64,000 nt of DNA from a virus. The stretch covers positions 32,001 through 96,000 of IMG/VR virus record IMGVR_UViG_3300037488_003551; one strand, given 5' to 3'. A program made the translations under genes and the position numbers. The notes beneath the pieces were generated by a model that saw nothing but the letters and a program-made list of their open reading frames with translations, made no database searches and was not told the origin of the DNA. Below are positions 27,463 to 39,100 of this stretch, one piece after another (the stretch's first letter is position 1; every line of letters starts with the position of its first letter).

Positions 27463-28188
27463 ATGACGTCTAAATTAAAAAAAGTAGAACCCCCGCTGGA
27501 ACCAGATGGGATTAGTGCTGATTATTTAGCTAAGTTTTGCCACATTTCACCTGCTTGGTTAGGTGCATTCTTTGTGCGTATCGGCTTACCTATTAGTGAG
27601 AGTGGAATATTTGATCCTCAAGACCTATGGCGACGCATAGACCGTAGGATACCTAAAGAACCAGTGTCTAATGCCTACGAGAAACTCTTAGGAGAACGAG
27701 ATTTAAAAATAATTGAAAAGCCTAAAAGCAAACCAGAAAATAATATAGAAAAAAAGAAAAAAATAAAGAGTACCCAACAGAGCAATATAGACATTAAGTT
27801 TAGTCCTATTGCGCTATTACGTATTTCTGCTTTAGAACTTTTCAATAAGCATAGTATCAAAGCTAAGTGGAGAGGTACTTCGCAATCCCAAAAATATTCC
27901 GTATTAAATACATCATTACAAGATGGACATATTATAAGTGTTGCAGTACGCGCATCACGAACAAGTTTGGATAAAAATTCGTTCATTTTAACAGCGCCAT
28001 TTTTTCCGTGGTATTGTTTTATAATTAATACGCCTAATTGTGTCATATTAAAAAGTTTAGATGAACTTATCCCAAGGGTAGATACTCTACATAAAAGGAC
28101 AAAAAGTATTACTATCCATGCAGCAGAGAGTAAATCGTTCGAAGACCAACTTGAATTCCTCAAACAAGACTTACAAAGAAAAGGATGA
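27463..28188 (+). CDS. AT-rich basic hypothetical protein, paralog 1
   Basis: Shares N-terminal HTH-like segment and LRxxALxLF / TAPFxxWYCxI / FxxQxExxxxxL motifs with the next gene. Confidence 0.75.
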   Translation: MTSKLKKVEPPLEPDGISADYLAKFCHISPAWLGAFFVRIGLPISESGIFDPQDLWRRIDRRIPKEPVSNAYEKLLGERDLKIIEKPKSKPENNIEKKKKIKSTQQSNIDIKFSPIALLRISALELFNKHSIKAKWRGTSQSQKYSVLNTSLQDGHIISVAVRASRTSLDKNSFILTAPFFPWYCFIINTPNCVILKSLDELIPRVDTLHKRTKSITIHAAESKSFEDQLEFLKQDLQRKG

Positions 28189-28209
28189 CCCAATAACAAG
28201 GAGGTTAGA

Positions 28210-28830
28210 ATGGGAAAAATAGACCTAAAAACGTTTGCAGATTCTTGTGGAGTTTCCGTATTGGAACTGGGGCACGTGTTCGGGTCTATGGGACTAAGCC
28301 TCAATTTCAAAGACGAAAGCTTTGAGGGGGAAGCTCTGTGGGAAAGATTAAAAAAATTAGATACGAAATCTAAAATAAAGGTTCCTACACCTAACGCAAG
28401 CGAAACGCCTACTAGAAAAGCTTATAAATACAATAGTCATCGTCCAGTTTTAGACTTACGTAAACAAGCATTAAACCTTTTTATCGATAATAACTTTAAT
28501 GTTGAATGGAATCGCCTAAGTGGGAATCGCCTCTTCACGTCATTACGTGTTACATCAACAACTGGAAAATATATTGATGTTGGTGTTGGTACGACAACAC
28601 ATAGTAAGCCCTCTTACAACTTTTCAGTAACTGCACCTTTCTATTCCTGGTATTGTTTAATATTAACCTCAATGGAGAAAGTGCATCTGCGCAAGAAAGA
28701 CAGCTTTGCAACTATTAAATACCAGAACAAAAAAAAGTCAACTGCTAGCTTAAATACTAATATAAATCAAACAGAGTTTCTCTTCTTAAATCAGATAGAA
28801 GTATTCCGAGAAGAATTAGAAAGTCTGTGA
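28210..28830 (+). CDS. AT-rich basic hypothetical protein, paralog 2
   Basis: Shares LRKQALNLF and TAPFYSWYCLI motifs with 27463-28188. Confidence 0.75.
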   Translation: MGKIDLKTFADSCGVSVLELGHVFGSMGLSLNFKDESFEGEALWERLKKLDTKSKIKVPTPNASETPTRKAYKYNSHRPVLDLRKQALNLFIDNNFNVEWNRLSGNRLFTSLRVTSTTGKYIDVGVGTTTHSKPSYNFSVTAPFYSWYCLILTSMEKVHLRKKDSFATIKYQNKKKSTASLNTNINQTEFLFLNQIEVFREELESL

Positions 28831-29863
28831 CTCTCCTGGAGGATTAAGATATGAACCCCTGGGGTAACTCTAAAACCGACAAACTTCTCAAGTGGGTAAA
28901 CACGGTATATCAACCCCGCGTACAAGCTTTTCCACTAGAAGAGTTTATAAAGCAAATCACACCTTTTGGGGGACGAACGCATTCGCGCTCTAGAAACTAT
29001 TGGGCGTTCGAGACACTGGAAGCTCGTGCTTTCTGGGAAGAAGAAGTCGAAAAGCGTTTTGGGTTATTAACCATAAGTGCTTCGAACGTGTACGAAGTTG
29101 GTAGTCCGATAGCTGGATATTTCCGTATCGCATATCAACCCGACCTCATCTACGCCTTGACACTTGGGAAAAATAATGCGCTTAAGAAACAACTTATTGA
29201 CCTACGAAGAAAGGACAAGAAGTATGGGCAAAGAAGAAAAGCTTGAGCTCGAAGTACTCCAGCATATGCTCGGGAACAATCAGCGAAATGGCTTAACACC
29301 TGGCTGGCGTAATTGTTTCTGCGCTGGCCTGGAAGGAAAAGACTATGATACCCTTTTGCGGCTGGAAAAGAAGGGTCTCGTGCGCGGAGATCCCACTATC
29401 AACGACGGCGCGAACCAATATTGGTTTGCGACTCCAGAAGGGATTAAGCTTGGATGCCAACCCCTGTAGAGATTCTTCGAGAAGCAGTGAGGAAATCAAA
29501 CATGTTCTCATACGGAATATACCCGAGGCCCACGCGCCAGGCACGCTTAAATGACGGCAAGCTCTCCCTCTGCGATGAGAGGGGAGCGCTTCTTAAAGCC
29601 GTACGGTGTGGCAATATCGATCAGCGATGTCACGAAGATTGCGCCTGGTTTTCCGCCCCTAAAACCTCGGAATACTTTTTCTGCTTCGGGATGCCTATCG
29701 CGCTCATCTGGAGTGAAGATTCGACTGTGCGAATCGCAAAGGAACAGATAGAGTACGACCTGCGTTTGGAGCAGCTCGCGGAGGCTCAGCGCAAGGCCCG
29801 AAAAGAGAACTTCAAATCGTCAACCAATCCGCGTAAAAAGACCAAGCCGAAAAAGGAGCCAGC

Positions 29864-30424
29864 ATGACCGAGACCGTTCTTTGGGGATGGGAGCAACACA
29901 ACGATAATACCTGTCATGGCACTTTCGAGTCGCGGGAAGAGGCTATCGAAGACGCTTTGGAGCATCTCCACCCGAGAGAAAAACGCACCATCACAATCGG
30001 GCACATCAAGGAGCTCGAAGCCGCGGACTATGTCTGCGTCGATTCCGCTGTGATGCTGGAACAGGCCGCCCAAGAATGCTGGGATGAGTTCAACTATGAA
30101 GGGGACCGCCCCTTCGATTTTGTGAGCACCGAAATCATCCCCGAGGCCGTGCAAGAGCTCCACAAGTTCATACGAGAGTGGGCTGGTAAGTACCTCTATA
30201 ACGTTGATGGGTTCTATATCCTGGAGGACACAGAGACCGTGGAGCTCGTTGCAAAAGAGAGGTTCGGGAATGAAGACGGAGATGCCGATGGAGACGACGA
30301 CGGAGACGACGACGACGACGATTATGACGACTCCGAAGACGACGAAGACTCCGATGAAGAAGATGAAGGGGAAGACGAGGACGAGGAAGAAGACGAGGGG
30401 AAGAAAGAGGGGGTAGTTAATTGA
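29864..30424 (+). CDS. Highly acidic protein with a roughly 40-residue D/E tail
   Basis: EDGDADGDDDGDDDDDDYDDSEDDEDSDEEDEGEDEDEEEDE; SD AAGGAG. Confidence 0.8.
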   Translation: MTETVLWGWEQHNDNTCHGTFESREEAIEDALEHLHPREKRTITIGHIKELEAADYVCVDSAVMLEQAAQECWDEFNYEGDRPFDFVSTEIIPEAVQELHKFIREWAGKYLYNVDGFYILEDTETVELVAKERFGNEDGDADGDDDGDDDDDDYDDSEDDEDSDEEDEGEDEDEEEDEGKKEGVVN

Positions 30425-30481
30425 GTAATACACTTATCGTAGGAGCAAAAAAAGGGCTTACGCCCTAGGAAGGTGGGAGCT

Positions 30482-30664
30482 CTACTTGGGGTGCTTACGC
30501 AGAACGGAGAGTTGGTCATCTTTCGCAGTGACCTCTAGGACTTGTAATACCTTTACGGTATCATAGTGTCCCGCTTTCTTGGCGTCCTTGAACGCCTTCA
30601 TGGTGTCATACATCCATGAACCAATCTTTGTTCCATCCCAATCCACAACTAGAATTTTTCTCAT
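30482..30664 (-). CDS. Small hypothetical protein, a lone minus-strand gene in the accessory region
   Basis: AAGGAG SD; own GGTATAAG motif at 30719-30712 on the minus strand. Confidence 0.65.
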   Translation of the reverse strand: MRKILVVDWDGTKIGSWMYDTMKAFKDAKKAGHYDTVKVLQVLEVTAKDDQLSVLRKHPK

Positions 30665-31950
30665 AACGTTCTCCTTAGTTTGACTCGAAGCAATTTACCT
30701 CGAATCCTATTCTTATACCAATAAATTGAATTGATTTTTTTAAAGGAGCTGTATATTATCGAAGAGAACGCCCCATTCTTTTTGGCCGACTGGTAAGGCA
30801 AAATCCGCGCGGTTATCAATCTCAGTTCAAATCTGGGCGAAGAGTGGGTCGTTCTCTTTTTTAGTGTCAGATTCTCCATGTCCTTCTCGTTATAAACTCG
30901 AGTGTTTTTTGGGTACAAGTATATAAGCAGAACTCAAATGGGTTGGGTCTCTGCCTAATAACCAAGTCGCGCCCATATGAGGGTGCGCAAGGAGGTTCAC
31001 ATAAAAAAAGTATCCCGAGAAGAGCTTTGTCATGATGGTCTTTGGGGGCGAGCTCAAGGTCAGGGTAAGGAATGGGTCGGGCAAAGCTGGTATAGAATAC
31101 CGGCTCTAGATGACGAACCTGTAGAGGTGCGTCGGCTGGGGCTGCCAGATCCCCCCCGGCCCAAGAATTTCGGATATGCCTTGCTCCACCTGGAGTGGGC
31201 GGACGTTCGTGGCGGGGCGAAAGTCTCGCTGCACTTCTACCTTCCGAGAATCCCAGGGAGGTTTGAGGCGCGGCGCGAAAGCGCGCTGCGCATCTACATT
31301 CGCGGAATCATGTTCGGGTGGACACGCGCGTAATGTTTTCAACAGCGTCCTACGGGGCGCAGAAGAGGAATGTTATGGAAGAGAAAATGGGATTTGCTGT
31401 CGTTTACGACTGCGGGGTATGGGTACCCTACCTCTGCACTCGGCGGGAGGAACTTCTGTACTCAAACCAGAGTGGATGGTTCGAGAGCCAAACTGAGGCT
31501 CAAGAACACGCTAACCAATTAAACCGTTAAGCCCTATGGGGCAGAAAGGCTCTACTATGACTATCTGGAAAGAGGCGGTTGAGGCCCCTGAGCTCCCCCG
31601 ACTCGGGGCTTACCCTGAGTCACCCCTCGAGGCGGAGGACAACGCGGCGAGGGCGAAAGCCCAAGCTGCCGTTTGGGCTATAGAGAAAAAACTCCGTGAG
31701 GCCCAGGTCGAACTGGCCCGAGCTCAGGCAGCGATGCCTGAGTATTGGGTAGAGCGGAGAGGGAACTGTGGAGGCGCCCACACCCACGGGGCTTGGTGCT
31801 ACACCAGCCACGTGCGGTTCTCTGTTCCACCGGCAGGGGTAAAGACCTACCCCGACCGGTTATGCGCCGAGCGCGCCGCTGTGCGCGCCGACGCCCAGTC
31901 CTCCAAGGACTGGCAGGACTTCCTGGCCTGCTAAGTTCCTGCGCCTTTCC

Positions 31951-32083
31951 TAGAAAGCCCCACCTCCACTCCTAACGGAGGGTCGGGGCTTTCTTTTCAT
32001 CTCTAAGAATTCCCATCCACCCTCTCGACGAAAGCTTGGGCAGCAACCTCGTCTTGTAGAGGGTGGATGGGAGTTCTTTTTTT
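31951..32083 (+). terminator. Two tandem intrinsic terminators
   Basis: agaaagcccc..ggggctttct + T-run, then agaattcccatccaccctct / agagggtggatgggagttct + T-run. Confidence 0.75.
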
Positions 32084-32599
32084 GTGTTTGCTAATAGACA
32101 CCAAAGGAGGCAAAACATGACCCTATTCGAAGCTCTGAAATACGTAGTGCGGGGTACACTGATGTTCTTTCTCGCGGATGAGTGCTCGTCCAAAACGCAC
32201 TCGAGGAAAGAACGGAGGAGGGAAAACTGGGCAGAGCATAAACAAAAAGGATACCAAACACACATCTACACCAACCGGATAAGAATCAACCGAATAAAGA
32301 TCAACAAGGTGTAAAACGAATGAAAACCCTGACATTTTTTGTAACCAAACCCAGCACCCTCACGCGCGAGGGATACGTCATACCGGCATCCACCGTTCGG
32401 TATGGCTGCTGGTGTAAACGCACTGAGACTAACCTCATCCAGCTGGCGCACCTAACACCCGGCGACATCATTTTGGATGAGGAAGGGCAGACAGTGAAAA
32501 TCACACCGAACGGCATTCTCATAACTGAAGGCGCTGTGACGAAGTATGAGATTGATGTGGAACCTTTTCACCTAAAAGAGAAAGAGAAAGAATAGACAA

Positions 32600-33079
32600 A
32601 TGGCTAACAACTACACGCAGTTTAGTGAGGGTATGTTTGAAAACCTCACGGCGGAAGAAGAGGCTTGGATAACGGAGGTTCTCAAGGAAAAGGACACGGA
32701 GAAAGTTCAAGACCTCTTGGGAGACGTTCAGTTCGACGCTGAGATGTGGCCGGGGTTCCAATTCGAAATCGAGGAGGAAAAGAGATTTAGTGGGAGCGAA
32801 AAAGAAGAAGTGGTACGGTATCTCTGGCTCTACTCGGACGAATATGTCTGCAGCGATAACGTCATCGCTTTCCTCCAGTCATTCATCCGTAAGTTTCGAC
32901 CAAATGCGATAGTTTCTTTCACCTGGGCGGAGTACTGCTCCAAGCTTCGCATAGGTGAATTTGGCGGCGGTTGGGGCGTAATCACCGCAGAGAAATACGA
33001 GACAGGCTCTGCCCATGGGGAGGCGGCGCGCATCACGGAGGAGCTTAGTGCCGGCGGCAAGAAAAGCGCGCACTACTAA
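32600..33079 (+). CDS. Acidic hypothetical protein (MANNYTQFS...CSKLRIGEFGGGW)
   Basis: Co-oriented ORF; the motif recalls a recurrent phage hypothetical family. Confidence 0.7.
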   Translation: MANNYTQFSEGMFENLTAEEEAWITEVLKEKDTEKVQDLLGDVQFDAEMWPGFQFEIEEEKRFSGSEKEEVVRYLWLYSDEYVCSDNVIAFLQSFIRKFRPNAIVSFTWAEYCSKLRIGEFGGGWGVITAEKYETGSAHGEAARITEELSAGGKKSAHY

Positions 33080-33647
33080 GAGAAAGGAGGGGAACATGAC
33101 CCTATTTGAGGCGCTGAAATTGATAGTCCTCGGTGCTCTTCTGCTTTTCTTGGCGACGAAATGCGTGGGGAAAGACCACTTCAAAGCCGAGAGGTTGAGG
33201 GCTACTTCGACCGATGTGACCCCTAAGTCGCCGTGATAAAAAGAGAAGTTTTTTAGGGTTTTCGCAAGAATTCTCTTTACAAAGGCGCGAACCTGCTACA
33301 TTCATGTATTAGAAGCTTTTGCAAAAAAGCAAGGAGGCCCGCTATGTCGCAAACGATACTCGCTTCTCCCAACCGCCGTGTATGGGGCGTCTTCAATTCG
33401 CCGAAAGATGCACGCGAATTCCAAGAGGCCAAGCCAGGTTGGACTGAAGAAGCGTTGCGTTGTAAAAAGTGTGGACTTTTACTTGAGGTCGTTGACGGTT
33501 TACCCCATAAATGTCCACATTTCTAGCTTTTCTAGCCTTTTGCTCCACGCACACCATTTAGTAGTTGCGCCTTTCACCTAAAGGTGGGCGTGGAGCCTCT
33601 TCCCTTTTCTAAGCCTATCTTCTAGTCTCGCATACTAAGGACTATCT

Positions 33648-34349
33648 ATGGAAAAACACAATGAACCAATTGAAGAGCAGTTGAAACGTCTTTCGAAGCT
33701 CAACCCGGATACGGGTTGTTTCGTCTGGATTGGGAGTAGAAGTGGGAGGTATGGAGCGGTACGAATACCGCCAAACAGACAGGAAAAAGCGCATATAGTC
33801 GCATGGGAATGTATCTACGGTCCGCGCCCAGAAGGATTTATAATACAGCATACGTGCCGGAACCCACTTTGCGTCAACATCCGCCATCTGGTTCTATTTA
33901 AGAGTTCAGGGGTAGATTCTAGAGACGATATTAAACGGCAATTAGACCGCCTAAAAAGAAGAATAATTATTAATCCTAAAACAGGTTGTTGGGAATGGCA
34001 AGGTTCTACAGCTAAAGGATACGGACGATTACGCGTCGGGAAGCGTTACGTTCTTGCGCATCGCCTAATGTGGGAGTGCGTATACGGAGAGACTAATAAC
34101 CTTCACATTCTTCATAAGTGTGACAATCGAAGTTGCATATGCCCGAGTCATCTATTCTTAGGTACAAATGCCGATAATATGCGAGATAAAGTACTCAAAG
34201 ATCGAGCAGGTATTAAATTAAATATAAAAGAAGTTAAAGATATCCGTACGAGCAAGCTCGCGCCCAAAGACTTAGCAAAAAAATACGGAGTAAGACTTGA
34301 TACTATCTATCGAATCTTGAACCGCGAAACCTGGAAACACATCGAATAA
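33648..34349 (+). CDS. Free-standing HNH homing endonuclease with tandem HNH domains and C-terminal HTH
   Basis: Two repeats: GCFVWIG..YG..AHIVAW..HTCRNPLCVNIRHL and GCWEWQG..YG..AHRLMW..HKCDNRSCICPSHLFLGTNADN. C-terminal LAKKYGVRLDTIYRI. Confidence 0.9.
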   Translation: MEKHNEPIEEQLKRLSKLNPDTGCFVWIGSRSGRYGAVRIPPNRQEKAHIVAWECIYGPRPEGFIIQHTCRNPLCVNIRHLVLFKSSGVDSRDDIKRQLDRLKRRIIINPKTGCWEWQGSTAKGYGRLRVGKRYVLAHRLMWECVYGETNNLHILHKCDNRSCICPSHLFLGTNADNMRDKVLKDRAGIKLNIKEVKDIRTSKLAPKDLAKKYGVRLDTIYRILNRETWKHIE

Positions 34350-34464
34350 CTTTTTAGAGTACAGTCCCCACTTGCGGAGAATACCGCCGCGAGTACGGGG
34401 ACACGAAGGGCTTCAAGCCCTTTTTTGATCTCAAAAACCAGGGCTATTTTTGGTAAAAGAATAT

Positions 34465-34733
34465 GGAGAAGAACTTCGGTTCTTCACCCACCGGGTAGCA
34501 CGTGAAAACGTGACTATCCGCTCCCCCTCTTCAGAGGGGGTAAAAACCACTAGGCTCTGTTAGACCCTCCCACTGGGGTCAAAGGTTCAGTGGGCGGCAA
34601 TTGAGGCATGCCGTTAGCCTCCACCGTTCGGGGAGTTAGTCTTCATCTCCCAATAAAAAAAGGACATCCTCTATCCCTGCGTTGGCTCGATGGGATACGA
34701 GAGGAACTAGAAGGGCTGCAAAGCCTTTCTTTT
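34465..34733 (+). ncRNA. Candidate multi-hairpin ncRNA (about 270 nt)
   Basis: Follows GGTAAAAG at 34452. Consecutive hairpins (gaagaac-UUCG-gttcttc; cacgt-GAAA-acgtg; ccccctc-ttca-gaggggg and others) end in the terminator gaagggct-GCAA-agcctttc-TTTT. Confidence 0.55.
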
Positions 34734-34814
34734 GATCCCACAAAATCAGGGCCGTTTTTGGTAGAAGTCATTGTCGTCTATTTCGAACACAAACCAACCA
34801 AGGAGACTAAGCAC

Positions 34815-35051
34815 ATGGACCAATCAGACAAAGACCAGCCCTTAAATATTAAAATACCAATATCCCTAATACATAAGTTGGAACAGAAAAAAGTCGATCT
34901 GCGTGTGCATACAAACAAAAATATTTCTCGAAAGGAACTCGTTATAGTTCTTTTAGAACATGGACTTGAGCATTACGAACTCACGGATATTGCCCACGAT
35001 GTTAGCCTTCTCCGCTTACTAGAGAAGATGGAGGATGAATCCAATGTCTAA
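34815..35051 (+). CDS. Ribbon-helix-helix-like DNA-binding protein (78 aa)
   Basis: AAGGAG SD before ATG 34815; LNIKIPISLIHKLE...ISRKELVIVLLEHGL; GGTAGAAG motif at 34760. Confidence 0.6.
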   Translation: MDQSDKDQPLNIKIPISLIHKLEQKKVDLRVHTNKNISRKELVIVLLEHGLEHYELTDIAHDVSLLRLLEKMEDESNV

Positions 35052-35554
35052 AACCCTAGGTTATCACAGAAACATGTGCGCAGTAGTTTTTGGAGAAGAC
35101 AGCCCTGCCACGAAATATTTGGACGAGAAAATAGCCAAGCTCGGAGAGGATGAAGAGGTAGTTATTAACGAGGGGCAGCTCATCTTCATGTTGCAAGAGC
35201 TGCATTTTGGTGGGGAGAAAACTGACTTTTTAAAGAAGAAAGAAGGAGAACCCAATGACAATCTGGCTGACTAAAACAGGCGAGTCCATCGAATTCAAAG
35301 ACCTCACCGACCAACATCTTCTCAACATCAAAAAGCATCTGGAGAAAAAAGAAGCAACCGAGTCCAGCATGTACTTCGCCGTGAAGCTCGAAGTCTTCGT
35401 GCGGCAGCATTCCAGTGCCTATCCGTTCATTAACGAGTTGGTAGACCTGCTGCGGGATTACGTGCATGCCGCTACGTCGGAGGCATCATATGAGTGGGAC
35501 CCCCACCAATATATTCTCGAGGACCTTAATGGTCTTGGACAGGAATGGTAGTAA

Positions 35555-36100
35555 ATGAACATCTATGAGACTTGGACTAAAGACGACCAACGCGTCGTCA
35601 TCCTTTACGACGAAGACGCAGAGAATCCACGAGAATGGTATTCTGATAGAAGTACGCTCGTCACAAAACATCGTCGTTATAAGCTGGGCGACCGGGAACC
35701 GCTCAGCGATACCGAGTACGGCGAACGATGCAACGATGAGAAGTTGGTGGTGCTCCCCGTGTACATGTACGAACATTCGAGTATTGCACTATCGACGGGT
35801 CCCTTTTCATGTCCTTGGGACAGCGGGCAATTAGGGTTCATCTACGCGAAAATTGAGGAGGGGCAAAAGCACGAAGATGTAGCGAAGCAGCTGGAGCAAG
35901 AGGTTAAAATCTATGGCGCCTTCCTAGGGGGCGAGGTCTTCTGTTTCAATCGAGAACGCAAGAAGACCTGTCCCACTTGTGAGCACACCACCTGGGAACA
36001 TATCGATAGCTGTGGCGGCTATATAGACTACCCTGAGAAGAGTAACATATACGAAGACGCTTTCCCCGAAGGAAAGGAAGGATGGGAACTAAGCACCTGA
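35555..36100 (+). CDS. Hypothetical protein (LPVYMYEHS...CPWDSGQLGFIY motif)
   Basis: Recognisable motif of a recurrent phage/MGE family; function unknown. Confidence 0.7.
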   Translation: MNIYETWTKDDQRVVILYDEDAENPREWYSDRSTLVTKHRRYKLGDREPLSDTEYGERCNDEKLVVLPVYMYEHSSIALSTGPFSCPWDSGQLGFIYAKIEEGQKHEDVAKQLEQEVKIYGAFLGGEVFCFNRERKKTCPTCEHTTWEHIDSCGGYIDYPEKSNIYEDAFPEGKEGWELST

Positions 36101-39100
36101 TTGACTGGGACTCCGTTCCTTTAGGCTTGGAACCCGACCATATCGTCGCAAAACGGTTAGGATGCCGCCCTTCTTGGGTCAGTGATAACCGGCGAAAGCG
36201 CGGCATTCCTTCTCCCGAAAAAGAAGCACAAAAATTTAAAGTGGGCGCCGTTGCCACCTACGAGCAGCAGTGGCGATACAAAGAGCAATGGGAGCAATTC
36301 CCTTTAACAACAGAGACACTGTGTCGACAGTGCGAGGAGGATTTCTATTTAGATAAGCAGCGGGGGATAGGCAGACTCCGGGTAATTGAGCGCCGCGATA
36401 CGGACCAAGGAGTCTATTGCCTAAGTCATTACGCAGCCCTACCTCTCTGCGCGTGCTGTGAGCGCGACTTCGCACCCCGAGAAAATAGCCTGTGCGAGAG
36501 CTGCTGTAACAAATTCGGACAACAGATGGCAAAGTCTTATATGGAGCTGGAGGAGTGATGCGCATAAACAGGGAGGATATTCTCAGGTATATAACGGACT
36601 ATTATCAGCTGGAAAAATACATAGCACCCTACTTGGTAGATAAAGGATTCTACTATCATGGCTTCTGGGTTTTCATCTGGGTCTCGACGGAGATACACGA
36701 ATTCTTTCAAGAGTGGCTAAACGAGCATTTTTACTATATGGTACAATCCAATCTAAAGGGTTCAGTTTGGACGGGCACCACCATCCATTTTGGGGAGAGT
36801 GCCTGGGTAGAGAAAAACAAAAGCATAAGGGATTGGGGAGAAAAGCATGGGTATCAATTCTTCAACGAAAACTAAACTCATCGAGAATCTTCGACACGTG
36901 ATAGCGTTACGTAGAAAGCAGATAGTACTTCTGGAACAGCGGCTAAAATGGGCTGAGGCTTTTGTTAATAAAATTTCAGGCGGAACGGATACTTTATCCG
37001 AGGCAGAAAAAATCAGCCTCAGAAAAGTGGGATTCATTCTATTTGAATCACCTTTCGATTTAGACAAAATGGAAAAGGTAGAAAAGGAACTGAAGGAGCA
37101 AAATGGCGACCTACGGCGAGGTACGTGAAGTCCTTAAAACGCTAGACCACTGCATAACAAAAAGTGAGAAGTTCGGCGCCCGAATGGCGCTCTGGCGACA
37201 CGTCGACGAGACGGATATCCAAACGCTAGATAGACTCCTTGATGAATTGCGGGTATTAAGAGCAGGGAAAGAAGTGTGCAAATGAAACCTATCAAGAGTC
37301 TCGTCGCAACTATTCGTGACCTTATAACGCTTCGAAAGGAACAGCTCTCATCCCTGCATGTCATGCTGCACTGGGTCGAGGTCGAGCTCAATAAGGTCGT
37401 ATCAAAGTTGGATAACGCCGCCTTGATGTTGGACTCCAGGCTGGACGACGAGACCAAGGGGCGCTTGAAGATGCTCGTCTCCGCGTTGGAGATGTCCCCC
37501 ATCGACATGAAGCGGGTTGACGAGTTCGAGGCCCTGCTCAATAAGAAGACGGTAGAGATTCCGTCTATCCCGCCTTCCCTGGCGACACCCTCGACAGCGC
37601 CTCCACCCCCTGCTCGCATCATGCAGGCCGGCGAAGCCGTCAAGCGCTTTGGTAACACGCTTATCGGCCAGGTCATCCAGACAGAGGCCATGGGTCATTA
37701 TCCAGGCGGCCCTGCCATCGTATCGCAAATCAATCCCGACATCGGCGCCCCGGACATCGTCCTGAACGTGAAGAGCCCCGCCTATGACAACGGGCGCGAG
37801 ATTGGGATTTTTGAGGATGAGAATATCGGAGTAGAGGAGAAGAAAAATGATTGAGTACAAGAGTAAATTAGTGAGATTGGTTGTAGCTATTAGCGACGAA
37901 GATACACAGGTCATGGCGTATCAATTACAGAAAAATCATGATCCTCGTGAATTCAAAAGATTACAACTAGACCTTTCGGATAAGCATGAAGGTTCAGCTT
38001 ATGACTTTTTAGATGTAAAAAATTGGTATGGTAGCAGGGACGTGTCTGATAACGATGAACTCTGGTATATCGAAGGATATCATTCTGGTGTTGAGCCGGA
38101 AAACGAAGACGAAGAAGAGGCGTTGTACGAGAGTAAAGCCGCTGACAGTAAATTCGAAATAACGCTTCGAGAGCCTCTTAACTTGAAAACCTATATAAAG
38201 CATTGGGTTATTCCTTTTGCCTTAAAAGACCATCAGATGATGCTGTTGATGGCAACAGATTGTTTACAGGCCTTTGCGTCACTTACCCATGCTTTGAGTC
38301 AATTATGGGAAAGTGAAAATCCCGCAGCAAAAACATTTGCATACGTCTTATCTACGTTGATTAAGAGAGCCATTAAAACCAAGAGTGGAATGACTTCTTT
38401 GGATTTTTGTTCGGTCTATATAGATAAAACACCTGAGGATTAGATGGTCACATTCTTCACCTGCGCCTGGTTCGCCGTCCTCACCATCTTCGGGCTGCGT
38501 CATCTTATAGGACCAGACGACGATAACGAAGGGGCTAATTTTCATGTGAGAGCGCTCCCCAATAAACACGAGCTCGAGCTCCGAGTCACAGTCTCCAAAA
38601 CAGATGGGCGGTCGTGGCGCGTCGTCCATCGTTTCAACGAAGAAGAAATTAAACAGATTATAAGAGTTTGCTACGAGAGCATCGACGTCATGCCTAAGAG
38701 GGTGAAATGAAAGGCATCTGGTATTCATCCAACGGTCGGGGGTGCGAGCACTGGTTCTTATATACCGAGCGAGCTAATAGAGCAGGCTGGGAAGCCATCA
38801 GCCGCTGTGGTATGACCTATGCTCTTCCCTCTCTTTTAAAAGATAAGTTCGAATGGCGCGAAGCACATCTACATGCGCCCCGTATTGAGGGGCGGCTTTG
38901 TGGGACGTGTTTGAAGCTGAAGAAGAAAGATAAGGAGGAGAAATGAAAGCGAAAGAATTAGCTGAGCTTCTTTTGGAACGCCCAGAAAAAGAAATCACGG
39001 TATCAGTTGATATCTCAAAAGGAGAAGACGATGCTGAACTGCGTGCCTTCGGAGATGATATTATCGAGGTAATGCATACCACGAGTGAGACTGTTTTAAT

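Noticed and set aside
19128-34733. tRNA, tmRNA or RNase P genes in the structured intergenic regions
   Set aside because: No cloverleaf with T-loop GTTCRA and CCA end, and no tmRNA or RNase P signature, found by eye.
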